From Candidatus Saccharimonadales bacterium (lineage in GTDB: Bacteria > Patescibacteriota > Saccharimonadia > Saccharimonadales > JAYRRP01): 64,000 nucleotides of DNA. This document shows positions 37,195 to 46,900 of the stretch, piece by piece (the stretch's first letter is position 1; each line of letters starts with the position of its first letter). The position numbers and the translations under genes were made by a program. The stretch covers positions 30,760-94,759 of the forward strand of contig JAYRIP010000003.1 of the NCBI GenBank assembly GCA_041906765.1. Reading direction: 5' to 3'. Below the pieces are notes generated by a model. That model was not told the DNA's origin and did no database searches. It saw only the letters and a list, made by a program, of their open reading frames with translations.

Positions 37195-38616
37195 ATGGCA
37201 ACTGGCTGGCAGCCCATAGTAGATATTGCTGACGGTGTGGTGTCGAAAAAGACCAGCGCACGTGAACAGGTTGAAAAAGCGCTTGCTAACCTAGAGCAAC
37301 ATGCTGATTATAAAACGGTTATTGCCCTTACGAGCGAAAGAGCACGAGATCGTGCTTCCGCCGTTGATAGAGCAGTGAATGAGGGGCATGCTGGCCGTCT
37401 TGCCGGTGTCCCATTTGTGGCAAAGGATAACTTTTTGGCTTTTGGTGCTGATACGACTGCAGCCAGCAATATGCTCAAAGGTTTTGAGGCGCCTTACCAG
37501 GCAACGGCAATTGAAAGACTGGAAGCGGAAGGAGCTATCTGTGTTGCGAAAGCCAATCTTGATGCATTTGCACATGGCTCAAGCACGGAGAATAGTGATT
37601 TTTTTACTACCTTAAATCCATCCGATAAGACACGAGTGCCGGGTGGATCGTCGGGCGGCTCAGCAGCTGCGGTGGCGCTCCAATGCGTTCCTTTTGCACT
37701 AGGTACCGACACGGGGGGGTCAATCAGACTTCCTGCGGCCTTTTGCGGAGTGGTTGGCTATAAACCGACTTACGGACTGGTCTCACGTTCCGGTGTGGTA
37801 GCCATGGCAAGTAGCACAGATGTGATTGGTCCTTTAACAAATTCAGTCCAAGATGCGGCAAGTGTACTGGATGTGCTTGCAGGCAGAGACCCTTTGGACT
37901 CTACTACCATTGAAAGGCCCATGGAAGATATGACTGATCTAAGCGGGACGCTTCGAGGTAAAAAAATTGGTGTACTTAGAGAACATATGGAAGTTAATTT
38001 GCAAGATGAGGTAAAGAAGGCTGTTGATATGACGATAAGTAAGCTTCGAGAGGCAGGCGCTCTGTTGCATGAAGTAAGCTTACCGTCATTATCTTTGGCT
38101 CTCGCATGTTATTACATAATTTGTCCTGCTGAAATAAGTAGTAATTTGGGTAGGTATGATGGTCAAAGGTTCGGCTTTCACGAGTTAGATGTTTCGGATC
38201 TCGAATCGTCCTATACTGTTTCGCGATCTAGGGGTTTTGGTGCCGAAGCTAAACGCCGGATTATGATTGGCGCGTATGTACTCAGCAGTGGCTACTATGA
38301 TGCATATTATCGGCGTGCGATGCAGGTTCGGACTAAGCTTATCAAGGAGTTCGATGAAGCCTTTCAAAGCGTTGATTTTCTGATTGGACCAACTGCGCCC
38401 ACGACTGCATTTCGGGTTGGGGAACGCGATAAAGATCCGCTTGCCATGTACCAGACTGATCTTTTAACGGTAGGGGCGAATTTGGTCGGCAACCCAGCAG
38501 TCAACTTGCCCTTGAACTTATCTGGTGGTTTGCCCGTTGGTTTGCAGATTATGGCGCCGATGAGCAGAGACCGGGATTTACTGGCGATTGCAAAACAAAC
38601 GGAGGATATTTTATGA
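37195..38616 (+). CDS. gatA: Asp/Glu-tRNA amidotransferase subunit A
   Basis: Amidase signature GGSSGGSAAAVA and KDN motif. Confidence 0.95.
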   Translation: MATGWQPIVDIADGVVSKKTSAREQVEKALANLEQHADYKTVIALTSERARDRASAVDRAVNEGHAGRLAGVPFVAKDNFLAFGADTTAASNMLKGFEAPYQATAIERLEAEGAICVAKANLDAFAHGSSTENSDFFTTLNPSDKTRVPGGSSGGSAAAVALQCVPFALGTDTGGSIRLPAAFCGVVGYKPTYGLVSRSGVVAMASSTDVIGPLTNSVQDAASVLDVLAGRDPLDSTTIERPMEDMTDLSGTLRGKKIGVLREHMEVNLQDEVKKAVDMTISKLREAGALLHEVSLPSLSLALACYYIICPAEISSNLGRYDGQRFGFHELDVSDLESSYTVSRSRGFGAEAKRRIMIGAYVLSSGYYDAYYRRAMQVRTKLIKEFDEAFQSVDFLIGPTAPTTAFRVGERDKDPLAMYQTDLLTVGANLVGNPAVNLPLNLSGGLPVGLQIMAPMSRDRDLLAIAKQTEDIL

Positions 38617-39032
38617 GGGATAAATATATTTTCGCTGGTATTGTAGCAATCGTCCTTATTGCGGTTGTGATAGTTATCACTTGGCGTAGGCTCCGACGCA
38701 GAGTGAAGCCTGACTACTTCCAGAAAAAATGGCGTGAACTGCAGAAATTATGTGCCAGCAAGGATACTTGGCCACTTGCGGTAGTAAATGCTGACAAGTT
38801 ATTGGATGAGGCACTGAAAAAATGTCGTTGCAAAGGAAAAAGTATGGGCGAACGGCTTGTCTCTGCGCAGCGGAAAATTTCTGATAACGATGCAGTTTGG
38901 TATGCCCATAATATGGCAAAGAAAATCCTTGATGATACACCTCACCGTCTGCGTGAAGCAGAAGTAAAGCGGTCTTTGATCGGTTTCCGCCAGGCATTAC
39001 GGGATCTAGGGGCTCTTCATGGCAAATCCTGA
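38613..39032 (+). CDS. hypothetical single-pass membrane protein embedded in the gatCAB operon
   Basis: ATGA overlap with the gatA stop, and a 14-nt overlap with the gatB start. N-terminal TM plus a helical basic domain. Confidence 0.6.
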   Translation: MRDKYIFAGIVAIVLIAVVIVITWRRLRRRVKPDYFQKKWRELQKLCASKDTWPLAVVNADKLLDEALKKCRCKGKSMGERLVSAQRKISDNDAVWYAHNMAKKILDDTPHRLREAEVKRSLIGFRQALRDLGALHGKS

Positions 39033-40494
39033 CTTGTCGGGCTTTTATGCCACTGTGGGGATTGAGTGCCATGTGCAGCTAAAAACGCGCACAAAACTCT
39101 TTGCGGCAGTTGGGAACGATGCGCGAGAAGCTGCTCCAAATACACTCATTAGCCATATCTGTTTAGGTTTACCTGGTTCGTTGCCGGTATTAAATGAAAA
39201 AGCCGTTGAATTGGCATGTCGGGCTGCCTATGCCTTGAATTCTGTGCCACAAGCCTTTAGCAAATTCGACCGTAAGCATTATTTTTATCCGGATTTACCA
39301 AAAGGGTATCAAATTACACAATATGACCAACCGATTATTAGTGGGGGTAGTGTTGAAATAGAAGTTGAGGGGCAAAAACAACAAATCGGAATTACACGTG
39401 CCCATCTCGAAGAAGATGCCGGCAAAAACAGCCACCCCGAGGGTGCCGATTATAGTTTAGTCGACTTAAATCGGGCCGGTACTCCGTTATTGGAGATAGT
39501 TTCGGAGCCAGATATGCATAGTTCGGCTGAAGCAAAAGCTTATGCCCGGGAACTTTATCTGCTGATGCGCTATAGCGGTGTCTCTGACGCTGACCTTTAC
39601 CATGGCAATATGAGGTTTGATGTAAATGTGTCAGTGAGTGATGATCCGCGTAAACTTGGCACCAGAACAGAGACGAAAAACCTCAATTCTTTCCGCAGCG
39701 TTGAAAAAGCTGTGGAATTTGAGGTTTCGCGACAGGTGGGAGAGCTACAAAAGGGCAATAAGATTGTCCAGGAAACGAGGGGTTGGAATGATGCCAAGCA
39801 AAAGACTTTTTCACAGCGCGGTAAAGAAGAAGCACACGACTATCGATATTTCCCTGAACCAGACTTGCCGCCTGTGAGGCTTGACGAACGGTTCTTGAGT
39901 ACAGTGCAAGCGGCAATGCCCATATTACCTCCCGAATGGCGAAAACGGCTAGAGTCGTTGGGACTGGATGTCAAAATAACTGATATTTTACTTGAGGCAG
40001 AACTTGAACAAGAAGGCACCACTTATCTACGTATTATCGAGACACATTTGCATGATCCCAGCCGAGCAAAAACTTTTGCCAATTGGTTTGTAAATGTTGA
40101 AATACCTTTATATCGGCAAGGTGAAGTGGACGTGAGCTGGGATAATGAAAGCCGCCGTCATATGTACGACGCTGTTTATGAATTACTTCGGGATAATAAA
40201 TTAAGCGCAACATCTGCAAAATCGCTGTTACACGAGCTGCTCACCAAAGGTGTGAGTCCAGCCAATATGGAGAAATATGCGCAGGAGCAAGGGTATTTAC
40301 AGGAATCGGATACATCCGCGCTACAAGCGATTGTCGATAATGTAATTGCCGAGAACCCTACGGCCGTTGAAGACATAAAAAATGGCGAGGTGAAGGCGGT
40401 AGGCTTTTTGGTCGGACAAGTGATGAAAAAAAGCTTAGGTACGGCAAACCCGGCTATTGTTCGGCAACTTATTGAGTCAAAACTTGGCTTATGA
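39019..40494 (+). CDS. gatB: Asp/Glu-tRNA amidotransferase subunit B
   Basis: GIECHVQL, HLEEDAGK and a C-terminal GatB/YqeY domain. Confidence 0.95.
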   Translation: MANPDLSGFYATVGIECHVQLKTRTKLFAAVGNDAREAAPNTLISHICLGLPGSLPVLNEKAVELACRAAYALNSVPQAFSKFDRKHYFYPDLPKGYQITQYDQPIISGGSVEIEVEGQKQQIGITRAHLEEDAGKNSHPEGADYSLVDLNRAGTPLLEIVSEPDMHSSAEAKAYARELYLLMRYSGVSDADLYHGNMRFDVNVSVSDDPRKLGTRTETKNLNSFRSVEKAVEFEVSRQVGELQKGNKIVQETRGWNDAKQKTFSQRGKEEAHDYRYFPEPDLPPVRLDERFLSTVQAAMPILPPEWRKRLESLGLDVKITDILLEAELEQEGTTYLRIIETHLHDPSRAKTFANWFVNVEIPLYRQGEVDVSWDNESRRHMYDAVYELLRDNKLSATSAKSLLHELLTKGVSPANMEKYAQEQGYLQESDTSALQAIVDNVIAENPTAVEDIKNGEVKAVGFLVGQVMKKSLGTANPAIVRQLIESKLGL

Positions 40495-40555
40495 ACCTAG
40501 TGGTGTGTGATTTTTTACGGTGCAGGGGGTAGACAAATGATATATACTGTGGCAT

Positions 40556-40804
40556 ATGAATACCAGCGAACAGATTCTTGTCATTATTCTCTCTACCTTT
40601 CTCGCTATATTCTTATTGCTCGGCATTATTGTGCTCGTAAAAGTAATTCAGATAATCGATAAGATACAAGCTTTAACAGAAAAAACTGAGCAAGTCATTG
40701 AAAAAGCCGGTGCAATAACCAGTATGTTAGGAAAAACTAGCCTTGTTGGTGCGCTTATTCGTTTTTTTGCACATGGCGCAAAATCATATCGAAAATCAAA
40801 GTAG
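40556..40804 (+). CDS. small membrane protein (DUF948-like)
   Basis: One N-terminal TM followed by a helical segment. TATACT 7 nt upstream of the ATG. Confidence 0.5.
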   Translation: MNTSEQILVIILSTFLAIFLLLGIIVLVKVIQIIDKIQALTEKTEQVIEKAGAITSMLGKTSLVGALIRFFAHGAKSYRKSK

Positions 40805-40835
40805 GGTAAGTCGGAGCGAGCGAAAGGAGAGACGT

Positions 40836-41270
40836 ATGGGGAACAGAAATAAAACTGCCGGCCGTATGTTAGTTGGAGCTGCCTTGGCCGCAGCAGCCGG
40901 TTATGTAGTAGGGGTGCTAACTGCGCCCAAGAGTGGAAAAGAAACGCGCCGGGACATTCAGCAAAAAGCGTTGCAAGTAAGGCGCCAATCAGAAAAACGA
41001 CTAAAAAGCCTTCACAGTGAGTTGGGACAACTTATCGCGAAGGGCAAGCAACGTACCAAAAATATGCAAGCGAGTGCCAAAGCACGATATCTCAAAGTCC
41101 TCGCCAATGCACAAACGGCTAAAGACAAAGCCAGAGATGTGCTGTCTGCCGTACATGAAGGCGGGGCTGATGATGAAGAACTGGATAAAGCGGTAAAAGA
41201 AGTCAACAAAGCAGTAGAGCACCTCAAGAAATATCTGCAAAAGAATGAACAAAAACCATCGCATAACTAA
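40836..41270 (+). CDS. YtxH-like protein
   Basis: GAALAAAAGYVVGVLTAPKSGKETRRD is the typical YtxH N-terminus, followed by coiled coil. GGAGAG SD before ATG 40836. Confidence 0.7.
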   Translation: MGNRNKTAGRMLVGAALAAAAGYVVGVLTAPKSGKETRRDIQQKALQVRRQSEKRLKSLHSELGQLIAKGKQRTKNMQASAKARYLKVLANAQTAKDKARDVLSAVHEGGADDEELDKAVKEVNKAVEHLKKYLQKNEQKPSHN

Positions 41271-41526
41271 TAAGTCTGAAATACCCGCCAAGAATTATGA
41301 AGAGCTTGGGAAAATGCTCGTCAATATCTATGAAAGCGGTTACATGGATCGTGCTCAGTCCTACAAGATGAGTTTTATAAAGGGTATTTTAGGAGGATTT
41401 GGCGGGGTGCTGGGTGCCACTATAGTGGTAGCTCTTTTGTTATGGGTTTTATCCTTCTTTAAGGAAGTTCCTTTGCTTGGGCCGGTACTTGACAATGTAC
41501 GGCATACCGTCCAGCAGGCACAGTAA
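41245..41526 (+). CDS. small membrane protein
   Basis: 93 aa with a Gly-rich TM segment (GILGGFGGVLGATIVVALLLWVL). Overlaps the ytxH-like 3' end, so the start is uncertain. Confidence 0.5.
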   Translation: MNKNHRITNKSEIPAKNYEELGKMLVNIYESGYMDRAQSYKMSFIKGILGGFGGVLGATIVVALLLWVLSFFKEVPLLGPVLDNVRHTVQQAQ

Positions 41527-41604
41527 GAAATTTGAAAAACAAATCCTGGCATGAGCCTGGCTCTGTGTACTACAATATTGTGTAATGAGGGTAGGAAAAT
41601 AAAA

Positions 41605-44600
41605 ATGGCCAGGCAACTGAAAAAGGGTGACTTTGTTCACCTGCATAATCACACTCAGTACAGCTTGCTTGATGGTCTTACCAAAGTGTCGCCGCTAATT
41701 GCCAAGATAGCTGAAAATGGCATGAGTGCAGTCGCGATTACCGATCATGGGACTATGTCGGGAGTGATAGAGTTTTACAAAACTGCACGCAGCACCAATG
41801 TAAAGCCCATTATTGGTATGGAAACATATGTGGCAGCAAGACAGATCACTGATCGAGATCCTACCAAAGACAAAAACAATTACCACTTAATTCTTCTTGC
41901 TAAGGATAATCAGGGCTATGAAAACCTTATGCGGTTAAGTACGATTGCGAACCTGGAAGGATTTTATTATAAGCCCCGAATTGACCACAACTTACTCGAG
42001 AAGTATCAGCAGGGATTAATTGTTTTAAGCGGTTGTATAGGTGGTGAAATCGGTGATGCCTTGCGGCAAGGGCAGTATGCGCAAGCAAAGGAGATAGCCC
42101 GGTGGTACAAAACAGTCTTTGGAGACCGTTATTATCTTGAGATTCAGGATCATGGCCACCCAGATCATCCAAATGCATGGACTGAGCAAGTGAGGGTCAC
42201 AAAGGAAACATTGCGCCTTGGCGAGGAACTTGACGTCAAATGTGTACTAACATGCGATGCACATTATTTAGCCGCATCCGATAAAGAAGCTCATGAAGTA
42301 TTGCTTTGCATTCAGACCGGCTCATATTTGAGTGACGAATCTCGTATGAGCCTGAAAGAATTTGATCTACATGTTACAGAACCAGAAGAAGTCATTGCCC
42401 GCTGGGGTGATACATATCCTACATTGATCACAAATACTGCACATATCGCAGAACAGTGTAATGTCGAGCTGTCGCTTGGCAATATATTAATTCCGAAGTT
42501 TCCTCTGTCCAAAGGGGTTACTGAAAAATCTTATCTGCAGAAATTGACTTATCAAGGGCTGGCATGGCGCTATGGTGAGGTTGCCAAAGGCAAAATTGCT
42601 AAATTGAGCGTAGAAGAAGCTAAAAAACATTTGCCCAAAAACGTACAGGACAGAGCCCGCTATGAATTGAGTGTGATAGAGCAAATGGGGTTCTGTGGTT
42701 ACTTTCTCATCATCGCGGATTTTATTCGCTGGGGCAAAGCTCAGGGTATCGTGTTTGGGCCAGGTCGCGGCAGTGCGGCCGGATCAATAATTGCCTATGG
42801 TCTGCAAATCACAGAACTTGATCCACTAAAATACGATCTGCTTTTTGAAAGGTTTCTAAATCCCGATCGGATTTCCATGCCAGATATCGACATAGATATC
42901 CAGGATTCAAGACGTGATGAGGTCATACAATACTGTATCGATAAATATGGTGAAGACCGAGTAGCGAACATTGTCACCTTTGGTACCATGGCAGCACGAA
43001 ACGCTGTGCGTGACGTTGCCCGGGTACTGCAGGTGCCTTACGCGGATTCAGACCGACTGGCGAAAATGATACCTCCTCCAGTGCAGGGTAGGCACATTCC
43101 ATTGGCCAAGTCGCTCGAGACGGATGAAGCCCTAAAACACGAATACAAGGAAAATCCGACTGCCCAGCGAGTATTTGATCTCGCAGTGCAACTTGAGGGT
43201 ACGGTACGCAGTCACGGAGTGCATGCTGCTGGAGTTGTTATTGCTCCGGATGACATTGTCAAGTACACCCCACTTGAAAAGGCCCAAAAAGGAGTGATCG
43301 CGACACAGTATTCCATGTATCCTATCGTGGATGATTTAGGGCTGCTCAAGATGGACTTCTTAGGCCTGTCAAACCTCACCATTATTAAGAATTCTTTACG
43401 TATTATTAAGAAGGTGTACAGCAAAACGATTGACGTTAACCGTCTTGATTTAAGCGATGGTAAGACGTATGAACTGTTGCAGCGTGGTGATACGACGGGA
43501 GTTTTTCAGCTTGAGTCAGCTGGCATGAAACGATATCTACGGCAACTTAAACCCGTAGAGTTTGAAGACATCGTCGCGATGGTGTCTCTTTACCGACCCG
43601 GACCGCTTACAGCAGGTTTGACGGACAGATTTATTGCCAGAAAAAATGGTGCTGAAAAAGTGAAGTATGACCACCAGCTAATGGAAAATTCACTGCAGAC
43701 TACCTACGGAGTACTTGTTTACCAGGAACAGGTCATGCAAATAGCAAAAGATATGTGTGGTTTCAGTGGTGGTGAAGCTGACACACTTAGAAAAGCTGTT
43801 GGCAAGAAAAACCGTGAAATGATGAAGAAGATGAAGGACAAAATCATTAAAGGTGCGCTTGCCAATGATGTTGAGAAGCGCATTGCAGAAAAATTTTGGT
43901 CAGATCTTGAGGGGTTTGCCGATTATGCCTTTAATAAGTCCCATGCTGCCTGTTACGCATTTATTGCTTTTCAGACCGCCTATCTTAAGGCGCACTACCC
44001 GGCTGCATTTATGGCAGCTCTTATGACAAGTGATTTTGATGCAACTGACCGTCTCGCTATCGAGATTAAAGAATGTAAAGATATGGGTATTGAAGTATTG
44101 CAGCCAGACGTCAACGAGTCGTTTATCGAGTTTGCAGTAGTACCGCTCACCAACCAAATTCGTTTTGGTATGAATGCTATTAAAAATGTTGGCACCGGGG
44201 CGGTTGAAGAAATATTAAGAGCCCGTGAAAAGCAGCCATTTGACAGTTTAGAAGACTTCCTGACGAGAGTCAGTGTGCGGATAGTTAACCGCAAAACTTT
44301 GGAGTCATTGATTCGCGCAGGAGCATTTGATCGTTTTGCAAGCCGAAGCGAATTATTGCACAACCTTGACGTGTTGCTTGCATATGCTTCGCGGCAGCAG
44401 AAAGAACGACTTAGCGGACAAACCGATCTGTTCGGGGGATCTGAAAGCACACCGCAGGCTAAAGCAAAGTTGACCCTGCAGCCAGCTACCATTACTCATA
44501 GCCCTCAAGAAACATTGCAATGGGAAAGGGAGCTGTTGGGACTTTATTTGTCACGTCATCCCCTGGATAATTATGAAAATTGGCTTTCCGCCCATGCCGA

Positions 44601-45210
44601 ACCGATTAAAACTGCTCAGCAAATGGCTGACGACAAGCTATTGACGATCGGTGGAGTCGTGACCGACAAAAGAGAGATTACCACAAAAAAGGGCCAACGG
44701 ATGGCTTTTGTAAAAATCGCTGATCTTAGTAGTGAAATCGAAGCAGTGGTTTTCCCATCGGTCTATGAAGCAGTGGCTGAATTCTGCCAAAAAGATATGG
44801 TTGTTATTGCAAAAGGCCGGATCAGTACGAAAGATAATAAGGGTTCTCTTGGCGGAGAACCTAAATTACTATTACATGAAATGCGATGTGTGACTGATGA
44901 GGATCTTCAGAGTCCTACTGCTGCTAAAAAGACTCGTCAGTTGGATGTTGCAACCGGGGCAATGCCCAGTCTTATTAATCCTCTGCCGCGCAGAGTATAT
45001 ATCCGTATCATGCAAAGTGACGACCATGAAATGCTTGTGACCTTAAAGAAACTACTTGATATGCACCAGGGTGGCACGGAAGTTGTACTGGTGGTTGGCC
45101 AGGATCCGAACCGTCAGATCATTAAGCTACCGGGTGGTATGCACGAGCATGAAGATGTGCTATTGGCACTTCAGGCGGTTGTAGGTGAACAGAACGTGAA
45201 AGTTCAATAA
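41605..45210 (+). CDS. dnaE: DNA polymerase III alpha subunit
   Basis: PHP domain HLHNHTQYSLLDG, GPGRGSAAGS, MPDIDIDI, an OB fold and a C-terminal domain. Start moved to ATG 41605. Confidence 0.95.
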   Translation: MARQLKKGDFVHLHNHTQYSLLDGLTKVSPLIAKIAENGMSAVAITDHGTMSGVIEFYKTARSTNVKPIIGMETYVAARQITDRDPTKDKNNYHLILLAKDNQGYENLMRLSTIANLEGFYYKPRIDHNLLEKYQQGLIVLSGCIGGEIGDALRQGQYAQAKEIARWYKTVFGDRYYLEIQDHGHPDHPNAWTEQVRVTKETLRLGEELDVKCVLTCDAHYLAASDKEAHEVLLCIQTGSYLSDESRMSLKEFDLHVTEPEEVIARWGDTYPTLITNTAHIAEQCNVELSLGNILIPKFPLSKGVTEKSYLQKLTYQGLAWRYGEVAKGKIAKLSVEEAKKHLPKNVQDRARYELSVIEQMGFCGYFLIIADFIRWGKAQGIVFGPGRGSAAGSIIAYGLQITELDPLKYDLLFERFLNPDRISMPDIDIDIQDSRRDEVIQYCIDKYGEDRVANIVTFGTMAARNAVRDVARVLQVPYADSDRLAKMIPPPVQGRHIPLAKSLETDEALKHEYKENPTAQRVFDLAVQLEGTVRSHGVHAAGVVIAPDDIVKYTPLEKAQKGVIATQYSMYPIVDDLGLLKMDFLGLSNLTIIKNSLRIIKKVYSKTIDVNRLDLSDGKTYELLQRGDTTGVFQLESAGMKRYLRQLKPVEFEDIVAMVSLYRPGPLTAGLTDRFIARKNGAEKVKYDHQLMENSLQTTYGVLVYQEQVMQIAKDMCGFSGGEADTLRKAVGKKNREMMKKMKDKIIKGALANDVEKRIAEKFWSDLEGFADYAFNKSHAACYAFIAFQTAYLKAHYPAAFMAALMTSDFDATDRLAIEIKECKDMGIEVLQPDVNESFIEFAVVPLTNQIRFGMNAIKNVGTGAVEEILRAREKQPFDSLEDFLTRVSVRIVNRKTLESLIRAGAFDRFASRSELLHNLDVLLAYASRQQKERLSGQTDLFGGSESTPQAKAKLTLQPATITHSPQETLQWERELLGLYLSRHPLDNYENWLSAHAEPIKTAQQMADDKLLTIGGVVTDKREITTKKGQRMAFVKIADLSSEIEAVVFPSVYEAVAEFCQKDMVVIAKGRISTKDNKGSLGGEPKLLLHEMRCVTDEDLQSPTAAKKTRQLDVATGAMPSLINPLPRRVYIRIMQSDDHEMLVTLKKLLDMHQGGTEVVLVVGQDPNRQIIKLPGGMHEHEDVLLALQAVVGEQNVKVQ

Positions 45211-45213
45211 AGA

Positions 45214-46263
45214 CTAACGTATAAACCCAGCAGTTCTGCTAAGTTGATGACAGATTGCCAGGACAACTACAAGTGCCAGGTCAAACGCAATATGATGTGC
45301 TAAGTATTTTTCGCTGCGGATGAAAAACCGATGTAACCCAACGGCATGACTGACAGATAAATAGGTCAAAGTGGTGATAGCAATAAGAAGGAGGAAGGTA
45401 CTTGCCCAGGGAGTTGCACCACGAGTCAGAACTTCGAGCCGCGAGATCTTTTTGGCGGAGACTGCAGCCAGTTTCGGCTGAGAGGTGGTGGCTATTTTTT
45501 CAGTTGTTGGCTTATTGTCTGATGCCGATGGGCTTTGGGGAGTGGTTGGTGCGGGGCTTGAAGAGGCCGGTGCGGTAGATTTCTGAGATTGAGTTATGGT
45601 TGGTGCCGGAGTGGTCGAAGCAGGTGGTTTGGTGGGCGCAGCCGGTGCAGTCGCGCTCTTTACCTGCGGTGTGCCATACATTGCCACAACAATTGTTTCC
45701 GGGCCACTACTTTGATAATCCGGGTTATTGGCGAAACCGAATCCGACATCCAGATATGCCGTGTTGAGTAAGTTATCCCGGTGGCTGGGACTATTCATCC
45801 AGCCTGTCACCGTGTCGTCGCTGGTGAGAAACCCATAAGCAAGGTTTTCGCCAGCTTGGGTGTAGCTATAACCTGTCTGAGCAATAAATACCCAAGGTGC
45901 ATTACCTTCGGGTGTATTGTGAGACCAGTAGTTTCTGGTGGCCATATCATTTGCTTTCGCTTGAGCAGCTTGCGATAGTTGACTATTCAGGGTCAGTAAA
46001 CCGCGGCCATTGTTTTGGCGTTGCTGGTTAGTGGCTTGCAACAAACCGCTTTGACTGACACTTGTCGCGTATGCCAGGACTCCTTGGTCGTTTGAATAGT
46101 GTCGAGGCTGCCAGTAGGTCTGTAGAATCAAAAATACTAAACTTGCCAAAACAAGAGGTAAATAAGGATGATACACATGCAAAAATCGTTTGGTCCGTTT
46201 TTGGTGTTTGCCGTGTCTTTTTGGTTGATGAGCGCCTGGTCGGTATCGTGTGGCCATAGCCAT
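45214..46263 (-). CDS. CAP/SCP (YkwD-like) domain protein with terminal TM anchors and a P/T/S-rich linker
   Basis: NYWSHNTPEG, GENLAYG and GWMNSPSHRDNLL, an N-terminal TM, the linker PAAPTKPPASTTPAPT... and C-terminal TM helices. Confidence 0.75.
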   Translation of the reverse strand: MAMATRYRPGAHQPKRHGKHQKRTKRFLHVYHPYLPLVLASLVFLILQTYWQPRHYSNDQGVLAYATSVSQSGLLQATNQQRQNNGRGLLTLNSQLSQAAQAKANDMATRNYWSHNTPEGNAPWVFIAQTGYSYTQAGENLAYGFLTSDDTVTGWMNSPSHRDNLLNTAYLDVGFGFANNPDYQSSGPETIVVAMYGTPQVKSATAPAAPTKPPASTTPAPTITQSQKSTAPASSSPAPTTPQSPSASDNKPTTEKIATTSQPKLAAVSAKKISRLEVLTRGATPWASTFLLLIAITTLTYLSVSHAVGLHRFFIRSEKYLAHHIAFDLALVVVLAICHQLSRTAGFIR

Positions 46264-46319
46264 GTCAGTAGAAACTATAACCGATTTGGGTTACTTGTAC
46301 CAGTAGTGACTGGCTAAGA

Positions 46320-46823
46320 CTAGTTAAATTCGTCATAAAAACGGCAATGATATAAGCTCATTGCCACGGTTTGTACCACATTGTATGACTCTTTTTTCCC
46401 GAACATCGGTATTTCGAGTGCTGTCTGACAACTGTTAAGTACATCCAGAGGTAAACCGGTGGCTTCGTTGCCGTACAACAATGCAGCTTTAGGGGGTGGA
46501 TGGAACAACTGTAGCGGCAGTGCTTTGGCGGATTGCTCAACAGCGAAAACTGTATACTCTTCTCGGTGAAGCCAGGCTAAGGCAGCACGCCAGGTTGGTT
46601 GATAGTGCCACTTTATACTTCGTTGTGCGCCAAGTGCAGTTTTCTCGATTTGGTGTTCAATTTTTCGGATTTCATGGGGAAGTCGAGTGTCATTAGCAAG
46701 CCTTGGGCAAGGGGTGTAACCACAAAGCATGACTTCTGCAGAAAGTCCTTCTGCTGTTCTGAGTAAAGAACCAACGTTATGACAGCTTCGCCAATTATAT
46801 GCAATAGCAATAATTTGTCTCAT
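46320..46823 (-). CDS. SpoU/TrmH-family RNA 2'-O-methyltransferase
   Basis: C-terminal knot motif LEIPMFGKKESYNVVQTVAMSLY. Start moved to the second ATG (46823). Confidence 0.75.
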   Translation of the reverse strand: MRQIIAIAYNWRSCHNVGSLLRTAEGLSAEVMLCGYTPCPRLANDTRLPHEIRKIEHQIEKTALGAQRSIKWHYQPTWRAALAWLHREEYTVFAVEQSAKALPLQLFHPPPKAALLYGNEATGLPLDVLNSCQTALEIPMFGKKESYNVVQTVAMSLYHCRFYDEFN

Positions 46824-46900
46824 TGTTGTCACTAAATATAGCATGTAAAGAACATCAGAAAACCGATGGTATCACACTGCTTATGGTTTATACTGGGGTT

